Positions 33,935-47,923 of a stretch of 64,000 nucleotides of DNA are shown in pieces. Positions within the stretch are counted from its first letter, which is position 1. Each line of letters starts with the position of its first letter. The DNA lies in assembly GCA_964187785.1 (NCBI GenBank), contig OZ076413.1, positions 46,874,001 to 46,938,000 of the forward strand. The letters are read 5' to 3'. The translations under genes were made by a program, and so were the position numbers. The stretch is from Amphiscolops sp. MND2022. Its lineage: Eukaryota. The notes under the pieces are model-generated. The model was not told the DNA's origin. It made no database searches and saw only the letters and a program-made list of their open reading frames with translations.

Positions 33935-36900
33935 GGGAACCTATGACATGGGTCATTGGCAGGGACAGGCGCCCATAGCCATAAGCCCCTTTTGCCTCCT
34001 GAGGTAAAAATTGTCCCATCAGGATGGGGAATCCGTATCTAAAGAGCACTCGCCAGCTTGACCCAGTGTCTAATTGCTGTCAGTAACGTGAATTACTCTT
34101 TGTCTTCAAACTACCGCTCAAACAGCCTTTGAAAACGTTCCAAGAGGAAACTATGTAACTTTTCGTCCTTCAGGATGACTTGCCAAAAAACATCTAAAAT
34201 TGCCAAGTAGCCAATGAAGGTTTTATGATTTTTTATCACTCAGAAGAGGTAAAAACTTTCTCAAACGTTGTTTTTTGTGCCTTGGAGTGTGTCCCGAACT
34301 TACAGCAGCACGGGAGAGGCAATCTGCATGATCCTTTCATTGATTATAAGCAACTTTCGGGTTCATTTTAACTGGAGGATTTGGGTTCGTATTGCGCTTT
34401 GGTGGTTCATTTGTACCAACATGGTCACATGAGCCCGTAACAGGGTCCGGAGTTGATGGAAAAGCGATTTGTTTGTCACAATCAGGTTCAATCTTTGTTT
34501 CGCTAAAAGGAGTTCGTAAACTCCGTTCAAGTTTGACACGTGTTTCATCTAGATTGAAAACAGAGACGATTGTCCTATCTTGCATTGTTCTCATCATGTT
34601 GTCAGACAACACATCGGAAGTGATAAATTGATGTTGAGTGGAAAATTTTTTTTTCATAGGCCCATTCGACTCCGGGCAAAGGGTGAAGTCTGACCTCTCC
34701 AATTGTTTTTTTCTGTTCACATGACTCCCGGGGTCAAATTCTGTGCCCTTGGGCACGTCACTAACCTTCTGCGTTGCAATGTTACTGTCACGCTTGTTAA
34801 AGGGAGCGATCCAATTGATGAAAACTTGACATTTTGTCCTAAACTGGTCATTTTGACAATTTTTTTTTGTTTTCACCACTTTTTGCAAATTGAGTTTGGT
34901 CAGAGTAGGTTTTAGGGCCAGTAACAAGCCGAAAAATGCACAGCACTATGCACACTGCTCATTGGGATAGAAAACTTAACTTGTGCGCAAAACGCCCCAA
35001 TGGTATAGAATTATGTATACCAAACACACTGGCGAGTGGTTCGTTGACGTCTCAATTGTGAAATTTTCGTGTTTTGTGGACACTCAAAAGTGATATTTGC
35101 ACAAACTGACGTAATCTTTGGTAGTGGTACTACTTGATACAACAGAATAACACTAAATTAATCACCAAAGCGGTCAAAAAGGTTTTACACTTGAACAGTC
35201 TCGCAAAGTTGCTGTCGCAAGGTTATCATTCCTACGAAAATCTTGTGATTTTGGTTAAGCTGGTTCCTTCAGTGGCCTTTGTAGACAGAAAAACCGTTTT
35301 GCAGGCTCCTAGCGTAATGTCTAGAGGTTTTCAATTCGCACAGTTTGATCCGGAGTGCACTGATGCAATTAAAAGTTTCCGATTTGGGCAACACAAAGAT
35401 CAAAATTCAATGCGGGAGTCGGAAATTCAAGAAATTGCTGACAATGATTCGAATCGTAGGATTTGCCTCGTTTGCATCCAGGAAGGCCTGTTACGTCCTT
35501 ACTGTTTAAATGTGAATGCCTTTTGATCCTGCCTTTTAATAGATAAATCAATATTTAAATCAATCAAAAAATAAATCTATATTTTTGTGGAAAACTCTCA
35601 AGTAGCTCTTACATTCGCTCTAAACCTAGGATTAGGCTCAAAGCTAGCCAAACAATCCTACCAAAAACCAGATACACGGAACTAATTGCGTATTTGGGCA
35701 AAGGTACTTTGGTGAGCTTTCGACAATAAACAGACAATCTTTAAGACTATTGTCTAGTACTGGTGATTCTTTTTGTCACGGCGAAGAGCCACAAACTTTT
35801 CTGCTGATGATGTAACAAATGGCACTGATAACATTGGTGAGCAGTAATTTGACCTCACTTTTCAGCTAGGGTGCATCAGCTGTTCACAAAAAGTCCCACT
35901 CATCACAAAAAATAAGGTTTCATGTATGTAACTATATGTACCGAGATACTACAATATATCGAGGCACATTCGCTTCAGACCAAAGTTCACGCGTAAAACA
36001 CGAAGTTTACGATAGTGAGTTAACACTTAGCGAATATTGTAGATTTTCGACACCTACGAAGTTTTTGTTTGTTTTTGTTGTTTTCGTCTCACTGAAACCT
36101 CATTTTGGCACGTCCGAGAGCTATCACAATTCGTTCTAAGGGTCGTAGCGTGCTTAAAGGCTTTTCCCGTGTCTTTTTCGTTTCTTTTTCAGATTTATTT
36201 GAAAACTGGGATTGAAAGGTTGTATTGGGTCCAAGATTGTCCACGATATCCCACGTATATTGAGGTACAAGAGATTTTTCGTCAAATTCGGCCACAAGGA
36301 CTGGTTTAAATTTCAACACAGTACAGGCGTTCTGTACTATTATTTTTCAGTTTGCACTGTTTTCACAAATAATCTAAGATCCCGGTCTAGTGCGAGGAAC
36401 TATCAAGCTCGTTTTTCGGCAACAATACAACAATAAGCAAAATTCACAATAGTAGACAGTACTTTGGCCACACCTTTTGACTATGGTGTCTAAGCTAATT
36501 TAAAAACTTTTCACGTACCTTGTTGTGCTGTCTGTTTTGGTCAATCGTTCAATTGTACCAATCAACATTAAACTTAGCAGTCACTCCGGCCGAGTACCCA
36601 CAATGGTAATGGAATGGTCAGATGGATGCATGGATGCTGCGTTGAGATTCCGACCGGGTGAAAATGCTACTTCTGAAATGAAGGTGTTTTTAGCACTTTT
36701 TTACCAATTGGCTAAGAGGGCACACCAAGTAGCGTCATGACAGGCAAGGCAGAGACAATGCGTTACCCCACTGGCCGTAGCAAAGAACATAGCCCTCATT
36801 AAGATGTCCCCGTTAGGTATAAAAATTAATGAGAAAATAGAGTTTTTCAGTGCGTTTTTTAGCTTTATCAGCACTGAAAAGGGATTTTTGACGCAAATTT

Positions 36901-38290
36901 TTCCTCCACAAGTCTTTTTACTACGTGAACAGAAAATGAGAGCACCTAAGCTTCCAGCTAACAAAAAGACCGAGTGCCTCAGACGTTTCAATGCTGTACT
37001 CGGAAAACCTGAAACTAGTCAGAAATCAACGTTTTATATATTTTCGTTTCACTTAGAAGACGTAAAAAACCTGCCAGAACGTGCCCCAAACATACAGCAG
37101 GCCGGAAGAGGCATGTAAATTACTTTACGGCACTATGCCAGTGACAATTTTTAGTGGTTTATCGCCAAAAGCTCAAACCTGAAGGATATTAATACTAAAC
37201 ACGTCTGAAAATGTGCCCCAACTGCTTTTTGTGTATCATTGCATTATATATCAAACCTCTCAAGGTTTCGAACGTTTTAGTCATTTTCTCTACTAAAAAG
37301 GATTCAAAAGCACACACTGAGTTGCAACAAGGGAAAACGAGCACGATCGAACATTTCCTTACAAAAAACACACAATCAATAAGTTTTTTCTTACCACAAG
37401 TCGTACTCCAAATAGTCGGTACTTCGGGCATGAGGGGTGACACCTTCGCCGTATTTGTTTCAACATTCAGACCAGCCAAAGACAAACCGTTTTGACTGTT
37501 GGCAACGTCAGCACCTGATCCAAAGTTCCACCTTAAATCATCTTGCTATGACGTCTGTAGTAGAAGTGGGAAGGGGGAGTCAGGAACACTCGTTTCAACT
37601 CATATATTGGTCGGGTGGAATAAGGCGCATACATCAATTTCACCTCCGGAAACATAAGCGCAAATCACTGAAAACAGCTAGAACAACCTGTTGAACACCA
37701 GTAGCAATGTGCTACTGTCCACTGCGCTTCCAAAGCGAGGACCCGCTGATGGAAACATTGCAACTGCAGACGATACCTCTCAACAAATACCTTGTACAAA
37801 AGCATTCCACGGACAGAATAACAGGCAGAATAACTGTAACAGAAAACCTGTCAATAACCTCAATCCTTTAAACAATGAAGGAGAAACTCTGCGTAAGCAT
37901 CTCCAACCATAAACAGGTGGTCTTTGGCGTTAGTCACCAGAGAGCCGGCTCTTTTGAAACCTTAAATGGAAGCCCTCCGAGACGATCCCATCCCTCTGTG
38001 GTCGCCATAAAATGGTTGTCTCCATGTAACGGCAAGATGTCACCGTTGCTTCTCCGTTATTGAAGTCGGAGAAACCTATGGCATGCACAGGCGCCCATAG
38101 CCGTAAGCCTATTTTGCCTCCTGAGGGGGATTCCGTCTTGAGGAGCGCTGGCCATCTTGATCCAGTCTGTAATTGCTGTCAGTAGCGTGAACTACGCTTT
38201 GTTTCCGAAACTACCACGTAGACAGCCTTTAAAAACATTCCAAGAGGAAAGTATGTTTCGTCATTCAGGGTGACTTGAGTCACAAAAAAT
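33935..38290 (+). mobile_element. Possible ancient Ty3/gypsy-like element bounded by diverged direct repeats (33935-34190, 38072-38290)
   Basis: The repeats align (CAGGCGCCCATAGCC.TAAGCC, TAATTGCTGTCAGTA.CGTGAA, TTCCAAGAGGAAA). Inside: degenerate knuckle CLVCIQEGLLRPYC and weak integrase-like ISTEKG...ECLRRFN. Confidence 0.4.
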
Positions 38291-41108
38291 ACAATAATCT
38301 CGTCCGCAACAACCATATGACAACATCCTCATTCAGCTCGTAAGCTGGGGCACCACAGGCACAGATTCGTAAATTACACAAAAAGACACATCTTTAGGGC
38401 TTTCGCTACTTAAGGTAGCATACTGCTGGAATCAAGAAAAACCGGATGTTAGCACCTATAAAAGAGTCTATTTTCAGAGGTTTTTGCAGTCTCTGGGGTC
38501 TGTGATTGCGGCTGCCTATGTGTTTCCGCTCGACCTTGCTCTTTGTTTTCGAAGTAACTGCCAATTTCGTAGAAACAGCAAAAAGAGCAATCACATGCGT
38601 CAAACATTGAATTAGAATTTTTCATCAAATTCCTTCAATCGCTACATCACTGTATTTGGATGTTAGAGGTGTTCGTTACATTTTCTTAGTTTACTACAGT
38701 TTCAAACGCCCCCTCTATTTTTGCATAAAAGATTTTAAAGACTTCTAGCATTACAAGGTTTGATGACGAATCTTATTATAAATAGATGCCTCGAAACACT
38801 CCAAAACTCGAGTGCACAACCTCGCAAGTTTGGATCTCCAGTTTTCTAGTAGTTGCAAAATATTCTCAACAAGTTAGATATAAATTATCTTCCAACAACA
38901 ACAAGAACGCAGGCAAGTTAATACTGACGACTGACGGGGTTTTCAGCCCGAGCCCATAAAGTCAAGAAAACTCTATACTAATCTTCGGTTCCGCTAATTT
39001 GTAAAACAAACATATAATTGGGTGCCAGTTTGATGTTTTCAAGCATTGTAAAAATGTAGCTTTTCCATTGAGTAAGTTTCGATTCCACGAAGAACATCGC
39101 CAATGTTCAGAAACGTCTTTGCCCAAAAAATTGTTGATTCAATTGGTTTTTATCTCTTCGGACGTTTTGTGGGAAGGAACTTTAAAGAGCGTAAACTTTC
39201 GGTGGCCTACTGTTAAAAATCGGCTTCCATCGCCCTCTTTTTCAATCTCAGGCAGTTTGAGCAGGCGTTTCATGGTTTTTATCGACAGCTCAATTCACTC
39301 TCATTCTACGTTTTACGACTTGTTTTGATACTTTACTCATTCATTTTGGCTTTTATTTTGAACAAAAAAATTAACGTATAATGTTTTTCGAAGGTCACCT
39401 AGTAGTGGTAGAAATAAGGCTAGAAAATGAGCTTTTTGTGAACTGAATTTGAATACAATTTCTATCCTTCTAAATTATTACTTGTTTCATTATCAAATAT
39501 GTTTAGTCGGCGTTTTTGTAGAAAAAGCAGGACTCTAACAGTGTTTTCTCCCCAGTACCTCTCATCCGTCCACTATTACGTAGCACAGATGGATCAAATA
39601 ATTCCGGTGAAAACCATTTGGCCTGGCCAACACGATAAATCCAATTTTTTGACGTTTTATACGCAGTAAATGGCGTTCCACTGAAGAGGGGATGAGGCTT
39701 CAAAAATATTGCGCTATAACTTTGTTTTTCTTCCAAGAACAGTGAACTGAAAGATTTCAATGAGCATTTCTATAAGTTAGGAACTTCTCATTGCCACTTG
39801 GCTAGTAGCTAACGCGGATTTCCTGTCTCGGTAACGAGGTCTAAGAAGCAGGAAAACATTGTTTGAGTCTCGCACTAAACGTTTTCGGCACAATTCGACC
39901 TTCTTCCAAAAATTTCTTCAATCGAAAAGCTACCTTCTGTATTTTGCGTTTGCCTACGTTAGAAATCCTTTTTTGGAACTATGAGATGTTTTTCCGAAGA
40001 AAAATTTTTTCCGAAATTTAATTTTCAAAAAACTTGTCTGAAGTTTTCAGTTGGGGAAAAACTGTTTCCAAGTCACGTGGGTATTCCTTCGGGTACATTC
40101 TGGCACTGAAAATTTGATGAAGTAATTGACTGCTTATTCTGATCGCTAGCTAAATTTTTTCAAACAATTTTTAGACGGCGCTTTTTTAGGAAAAGAGTCG
40201 ACTATAGTCATGCCCTTTTGTCAGTGTTTTTTTTCGATATACCTGTCCAAAATAGTTCTACAAAAGTTCTCCAATTTTGGCAATGTTCTTTTTGACTATC
40301 TGCATATTACATTTGAGCTGTAAATGAGTCCCTTTCGACAATAACGCAACCCATACATACGGTTTTACCGCAAACTGGATACAACAAATTTCGGATATAA
40401 CGTATACCAGAAAAACGTTTCTTGGAGAATTTTTCAATGTTACAAAAGGGTCCCCTTTACAATTTGTAGAAGATTCGGAGTCAATACAAAATCATTTGAA
40501 ACCAAAGGGTCCCCTTTTGGATTTTTTTCGATATTGTGATACCTTATTCCTTTTCAACTAAAGCGAACAGCTGTTTTTTCTCAACACTTCATCAGCCTTT
40601 GCTTAAGCTTTTTCGGCTTTGTGCCTATTTTTTGGAAGCTTTCATTCCGTCAAAGGGTACCCTCTGCTTTCATAGCTGTCTTCGGCGTGAGAAAAGGTAG
40701 TTTTCCGACCTGAAAGTTTTTTCGGCACTAGGAGGTTTTTCCAAAAATCGAAACAAAATAATATTCAAAAATGTTTTTTTTTGTGTTTGCTGTTGGGGAA
40801 AACATGTTTCCGTGTCTTATGTGTACCCGTTGAGGTAATTTTACGCACAGAGAAATTGATAAAAATTCAAAAACAGTGTCCTTTGCATAGTCAAGAAAAC
40901 TATTTTGATAAAACTTGAGCGGTTCAACTTGGGCCGGTCTCCGCTTGTCGCACCCCTTCAAGGTGCAACAACCGGGGACTGGCCCAAGTTGAACCGCTCA
41001 AGTTTTTTTTTAAAATAGATTTCTAAAAAAATGATGAAAAAATATCTATATTTTGTTTGACTGAATCAAGCCGGATGCGGCTTGATTCAGTCAAACAAAG
41101 TTCAGATC

Positions 41109-41654
41109 TTTTTTACTCGGAGCATTTTAACAAAATGAGCCCGACTAATACAGTGGCAAGTTGATTTCTTTTTTTTTCGTCAGAATGTATGCATAGTGGA
41201 CACTTTTTCTACAGAACTACTAAACTACTGGACCGGCAAGCGGAAACGCATCTAAGTTATTGTACTCAATTTTTAACGAAAGATACAAAACCGGACGGGA
41301 CTACAGGGTCCCTCTGATTTTTTTTCGGCACTGTGCGACTTTTTCGAATTTTTTTGTCGCCAAAGGGTCCCCCCTTCAAGTTTCTCAATATTTTGGAGCA
41401 AACTGAAGTTTTAAAAAGCCCAAAGAGTCTCCCCTTACTAATTTTTAGGCACTATGAGACTTTCAAAATTTTCATTTTTCGTTTTTTTTTCGAATTTTTT
41501 CAAATGTCTCCAAAATGTCCACCTTCATTTTTTTATATTTTGCAACAAACTGGGTTTTCAAAAAGCCGAAATGGTCCCCACTTTCACAATTTCAAAAACT
41601 TTGCGCTTTTTGAGCCTTAGATATAGCGCCGACTTTGGACGTTCCTGTCTTGTT
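41109..41654 (+). mobile_element. HINE copy
   Basis: Degenerate 5' TTTTACTCGGAGC; 3' GCGCCGACTTTGGACGTTCCTGTCTTGTT. Confidence 0.75.
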
Positions 41655-42199
41655 CATCATTGTCTCTTGAAATTAATTGTTAAAAAATTAGCACGATGAG
41701 TTTTAGCGTCCGTTGGCCTAGTCTTTGTCGCACTTGAATCGCCAAACACGTCTCGTTCTGGTCCATCGACGAACCTTTTGGAAACTCGAGAAAACAACTT
41801 CTCTATATTGGGGATTTATGTTTTCCGTTTAACGGTGATTCCATTCCATTCAGCTTCCTTAAGTCCCGTGCTTTTCTAACTTCAAATCTATGTTGTATCA
41901 GTGATAACCGTTCGACTAACAAACAAAATTTCATCGATTGGGTCAGCTGTCGGCCTGTCCCATTTTCTATATTCTCATGGTTTTCTTTTCCACTTGTAGA
42001 GGGAGATGGATTGGAAAAGGCTTTCTTTTTGTTATATCATTTTGCGTTCATATACCAAGCGATTCGTCCAGTCCTTTCCTAATAGTGGGCCTGTCTTCCT
42101 TGTTGAAACCAAAACTTCAACCTTTCAAGTCTTGATCTCAAATTCCGTCACTTTTTCATTCCTCCAATTTTATTCGGTCATCACTCACATCCCCGTAGC

Positions 42200-44725
42200 T
42201 TGTATCCAGTGATCCGGAGGTGGCGTGGTGAAGCATTGTTTCGCTTTTAGCGTCACCGAGGAGCTGTATCTAACGCAGAAAAAGAACAAAGGTTACACAA
42301 ACTTGATGTCACAAATAAAATTTCTCAACCAGAGTTCAAATCTGAGACAATTACAGCTCAGAAAACCCTTGACTTTACCGAAAGTTCGAAAGAAAGAAAC
42401 ATTTATGGCTGGCTTGATTTGCAATGGTTTACGCTCTATCACGATGGTAGAAAATCAACTTAACAGAGAATACACTCGACTTCTTGCCATTTCCTGCAAA
42501 ACCTTCATAAAGTATATGCATAAAACAAGAGCCGTCGAAAGAAATAAAGCAAGAGAGTTATCAGAGAAGTTTGCGCTAGCCCTTGACGGATGGTCGAAGG
42601 GATAGACACAAGGTGTTGGAATATTTGCAGTCTACATGCTTCAAGGAAACTGAAAAATTGCTTTGTTATCCTTTGCACCATTACTAAATGAACAATCTTT
42701 ATCAGCAGCGGAACATTAGATTTTGACTCAATTTGTTCTGAGCATATTCGACAAAACTGTGTCAGCTAAAAATGTTGCTCTCGTAAGCAAAGGTGTTAAA
42801 TATGTTTGCATGGTTACACTCGAAATCACATTCTGATTTCTTTTTAATGAAAACACTCGAAATCACACTCCGTTGTTTTTTAGTCAGCGCTTTTCGTAGA
42901 AAACGCAGACTATAGCAGTGACTTATTTTTTTTTTTTTTTTAGACCAACGAAGTGACAGATTTAATAAGCTTTATAAGCTGGCTTCCACTAACACTAACT
43001 ACCACACTAAACTGCTACTTCTAATGGTACTTGGCATATAGGTTAATTAGGACTTTTGAGGTCTTGAAAGCAGAAGTACGTGGGCTGGAGTCTCGCCCTT
43101 GACCAAATTTTTGTGCATGTTATTTCAGCTTTGTGAGATTTTTTCGCAAACTTTTTGGTCTCCAAAGGGCCCCCTTCAAATTATTATATTTTGCAACAGA
43201 ATGAATCTTCGAATAATTTCAAAGGGTCCCCCTTTTACCTTTTTCGGCACTATGCGACTTACCGGAGACTTCAAAAAAATTTCGAAAACATCTCGGAACG
43301 CAAACCTTAATGAAATAGTTGATCTGTGAGTGAGTATCCTTAAAGAAACTAAGGGATGTTGAAAAATCTCAAAGGGCCCCCTTTCAGTTTTTTCATCGTG
43401 ACTTTTTCAGACATTTTTTGGGGTGCTGTAGAAGAGAACACTTTGACACTTTTGCTATTTTTGAGCCTTAGATATGGCGTCGACTTGGGCCGATCCCGTT
43501 TGTTTTAATTGCCAATTAGTTTCCCGACATTTATAATTTCAACACCTTTGCTCATAGGCAACAATTCGAAGCGAACAAATTATTATCCACTAATTTCGGC
43601 AAGCATATTGTTGGTTGTGAATCACATAGATTTGCCTTGGCGGTTAACTACATGAGCAGTTATCGCGGCAGTTAATGAAAATCAATCAGCTTATGATTAA
43701 ACTGATGGAAATCAAACTTCGAGCCAAATTAAGAACAGTCGGTATCTGAAGTTTGTGATTTGAAGCCAGTACTGATGAATGAAACTCGAGGGTCTAATAC
43801 TTTCCAGATGATTGAACGATATTATGCCATCAAAAAGTATTTGCCGTATTTCAACGACGAAGGTTGTTTGATTGATTTGTTTTTGACACAACGTGAGGGA
43901 ACAAGACGCCCGCTAAGCACCGGGATATTTTCCTCCCTTTTCGCCGTCATCATTTGAGCCATAGCTATTTTGGGAGGGGAATAGGATCTAAATAATAAAA
44001 TCTAAAATTTAGTGATTTTAGATCTTATTCACTTTAGATCTTATTCCCGTCCTGAAATTTAAGATGTTATTCCCTTTGGATCTTAATCCTATTTTTGAGT
44101 TTAGATCTTATTCCCCCTCCTACTAAAATAGTCAAGTAACTAAATAGTCAAGTAACTAAATAGTCAAGTGATGGAGCGTGGAGATTTGGCAGAATTTGGA
44201 AAAAAACGCAACACAGATGATGATTTTCCTCCCCATTGAAAATGTGGGTCGGAAAATAATAATCTTGTCCACTATATTTGATGTCCTTAAGTAGTGCAAT
44301 TCTGTTACAACGCTTTTGCAGGTCGACACCACCAAGCGTGTAGATGCAGAGACGTATTTGGAAGAAACTGCTGATGAGATAGTTCAACTTGATTCTGAAG
44401 GAAAATACCTATTATCAGGCCAGGAGGAACTATAAACGGACCCCGGGAAAAAACGTGTCAAGCGTTGGTTAACAACATTGATGAAAGCAACCGGAACGAA
44501 GATGGAAACAATGAGGATCTCGACTTTGCGCGAAGATTGCTTCCACAAAAAGAGAAGGAAAGATGTCCAACGCAAATACGTGAATTGCAATTTCATTTTG
44601 CCAACATCGAATATTTCGGAACATTTTTCCAGCATTGCAGGTCAAGCAGCTGATAATCACAGGTTGTCTATCAATCCTGTGAACCTTGAAGAACAGCTTT
44701 TTTTGAAAGCAAATACCTCTTAGTG
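42200..44725 (+). pseudogene. hAT-family transposase remnant, interrupted by a MITE (42788-43550, itself holding HINE 42876-43506) and a MITE at ~43970-44120
   Basis: FALALDGWS, MNETRGSNTFQMIERY (TRW-like), dimerization-like FILPTSNISEHFSSIAG...RLSINPVNLEEQLFLKAN; stops and frameshifts. Confidence 0.75.
42788..43550. mobile_element. MITE with CAAAGGTGTT/AACACCTTTG TIRs containing a nested HINE
   Basis: Perfect 10-bp TIRs; flanks CTCGTAAG/CTCATAGG (6/8, hAT-like 8-bp TSD). Confidence 0.6.
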
Positions 44726-44915
44726 GAACTTAACTACTATTAACTTCGTCATTAGTGATTGAAGTTACCATAAATGATATGGTATGATATGATATTATGA
44801 TAATTTTTCTGTGATGGAAATGGATTTTGTTAATGGCTTCCATTTTGGAATAATGTTAAATAATGATGGATTTATAATTTCAAATTTCCATTATGAATTT
44901 TTGAAAATAAATATT

Positions 44916-45206
44916 AACACAGAGGCGAAGTGGTGCTTCGCAACACATGACGAAGACATCGATTATTTTAATATGCGTATATATATTATTTTAATCGCAT
45001 GCGTATATATTCAACAGTTCAACTTCATTCAATAACGTCCTTATGGCACAGTGGTTAACACTTATGCCGCGCAATCGGGAGGCTGCTGGTTCGAATCTCT
45101 CTGGGGTTTTGGCTTCTCTCTAAAAGGCGCTCATTATGAAGTTGGCTATTGTGGAAAAAAACTTTCTTAGCTGGACTGCAATGCACATTGACTTCGTCAT
45201 GTGCAA
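44916..45206 (-). mobile_element. HINE-like element carrying a tRNA-derived segment, copy 1
   Basis: Subterminal inverted repeat CACATGACGAAG/CTTCGTCATGTG and terminal hairpin GCGAAG...CTTCGC. A box TGGCACAGTGG and B box GGTTCGAATC at 45037-45107 on the + strand. Second copy at 54675-54965. Confidence 0.7.
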
Positions 45207-47271
45207 TAATACGATCCATTAATTTCCTTTAATTTTTCCAAACCCCTGACTATGAGTTGTCCTTTTTAGCATAACATACAAAACTGGACGAGACTAAATG
45301 ATCCTCTTTTCAGTTTTTTTGGCATTGTGAGCTTTTCTCAATTTTCTCACAAAAGGGTACCTCTTCGATTTTTTTATATGATTTGCGATGAAATGGATGA
45401 AAAATCTCAAAGGGTCCCGCTGGCGCGCGATAATTTTTTGAGCCTTTGATATGGCGCCGACTTGGGCCCTTCCCGGGTTGTTTAATTTGCAACAGCCTGT
45501 TGCAAATTAAACAAGCCGGGAAGGTCCCAAACTGAGCACAAAGCTCAAAAGATGAATTAAGTTTTGTGATGGGTAGCTTTTGGTCTAATCTTGTTTTTCC
45601 ACATCTGAGATGTGGAAAAATAAGGTTAGACCAAAAAACTACCCATCACTCACAACATAATTCATTTTTTGAGCTTTGTGCTAAGTTTGGTCGAGTCATT
45701 ATCAAATTTCTTGAGCCTCCGGCTTTTTTTGAGCCTGACGCATTAACTTTTGATCGAAAGACATTGATTTTTGATGTCACTTTCGCAACAAAAATGCCGG
45801 TTAAAGTTTTTTCAGGCACTCCCAGTTATGATTAATCACACTCTTTGTGTGCTTTACTCCTGGCATAATACTAAATGAGTTCCTCAAACCTCCTGAAGGG
45901 ATTCAATCAGTGATTGGTTACATTGTTGCTTGAGCACCTTGATGAGCAATGGTCCCATTCTTTGGCAAAGTCGTGAAAACCTAGTGGGAAGTTACAAGGG
46001 GTAGTAAGAAAACTCTTGTATTAACGCTTGGTCCTGGTAATTCCAAGTTTGGGCACTGTTTTGGCCCTTACGTGCCTTTCTGTAAAAAACTGATTTCGAA
46101 TTCGGTTTCCCAATCACCAGGAAACATGTTGCAACAATTTCTTTGTTACAACAAGTTATATTTGAGATCGACAGTGAAGTTGAAGAAATCGTATTGGATA
46201 GTCACCAGCTGTTGTTTGGTAAAGCCAAGTGACAGTCGAAATAATTTTCAACACAGCTGGGCCCAAAGATTAGCCGAGTTTGAAGCTAATTCCGAATTCT
46301 GTCTACCCTACCTGTTTGCGTGACTATCAAGGACTAAATAGAAAACATTGAGTTGTGTTGCATTCAGTCTCCCATTGCTGCTAAAAGAGCAATTTGTAAG
46401 GATATCGTTTGGTCGAAAAAAACCTGGCTGTCAGTGTCAAAATTTTACAGATTACAAAATTTCAATTTACGCAGAAAAATCTAGTCACCAACGCTATGTT
46501 GGACATTCAGAATTAGGTTTCACTGATTGATCTGACTGATTGACCATATATTTTTCAACTGAGTTACCGAGGTTCAAAAAAGTAACGAAAAGTAGCAGAA
46601 AACAATGAAAGCAAATTGAGAATAAACTTTGCAACTAAAAGTAATCAAAAAAGAACCGTGCATGTTCAGCATTTGAATGGTTGAATAACAAAATATATTG
46701 ATAATTCAAAGGCAGATAAACAAATCAGAATTGCGTGAAACCAGACAGCAATCTGCAACGGAAAACAACTGCTCGAGAGACATTAAAACAAAGCACCATT
46801 GCCAATTTTTTGAGGGCCGAATGCTTTCATCTGTACCATATATTTCAAAACGTATGCTTAGTATCAGAATACCTATTTTGTAGAATACTGGTAGAGATGA
46901 AAACAACTATGAACGCAAGTGTAAGAGCAACGCTAAATTGAGTACTAGAAATGAGCAATGACCAAAATTGGTAGTAATTCACTTCGAGAAATTGCGTGTA
47001 TGAATACTTGTTCGACATACTATTACTTCTAAGTCTAATAAGTTTGGAAAACAACCGGGTTAGGACCAGAGTTTTGAAACCGCTTATTAGCGATTTACCG
47101 GCAGCGCATGAATTATTCAGCTATTTAATTAGCGGCAGCTAAGAGAATGCCCAAAATCGAAACTTCCCCGAGTATACACTGGGTTCAAAATGAATCGGGA
47201 GAAATTCCACCTCTTACCATGGTAAATCAGGCTGGAAAAAAATATGTTTTTGACCCGAATGAAACAGCGTG

Positions 47272-47923
47272 TTTTTAGTCGGCGCATTTTAGTAGAAAAT
47301 GTGCCCGACTATTACAGTGGGTAGTTTTTTTTTTAGACACGAAAGTGCCACTTTTCTTTCTGTCTTTTCTTTTTGTTCTTTGTTCAGTTCATTTCTTCAA
47401 CAACTTGGCGAACCTAAGAAGCGCGTCCAAAACGAAAAAGAAAACAAAACAAACAAAACCTCGACAACACACTAACGATCTCCCCTAAGCCTCCCCCCCT
47501 CACTTTTTTTCGGCACTATGCGACTTTTTTTGAAACTTTTTGGATTGCACCAAAGGGTCCCCCCTTTATTTGTTTCGATATTTTAAAACACAATGGATGT
47601 CAGAAAATTCCAAAGGGTCCCCCCTTTTACATTTTTCGGCACTGTGACATTGTTCAAAAATCACATTTTAAAATTTTTTTGGGCAATTTTTTTCAGTCCT
47701 TAAAGGGTCCCCCGTTAATTTTTTTTCATATTTTGCAACCAGCTGGAGTTTCACAAAGCCCAAAGGGTCCCCCTTTTACATTTTTCGACACTGTGACACT
47801 GTTCAATTCATTTTTTTTCATATTTTGCCACCAGCTGGAGTTTCACAAAACCCAAAGAGTCCCCCCTTTTACAATTTTGAGCCTTAGATATAGCGCCGAC
47901 TTTGGCCGTTCTCGGCTTGTTTT
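47272..47923 (+). mobile_element. HINE copy, complete
   Basis: TTTTTAGTCGGCGC...GCGCCGACTTTGGCCGTTCTCGGCTTGTTTT, with hairpin GCCG-TTCT-CGGC. Confidence 0.85.

Noticed and set aside
34160..34190. Hammerhead ribozyme in the 33.9/38.1-kb repeats (CTGAAGGACGAAA and CTGAATGACGAAA on the minus strand)
   Set aside because: Neither fits CUGANGA-stem II-GAAA, and I could not build stems I and III.
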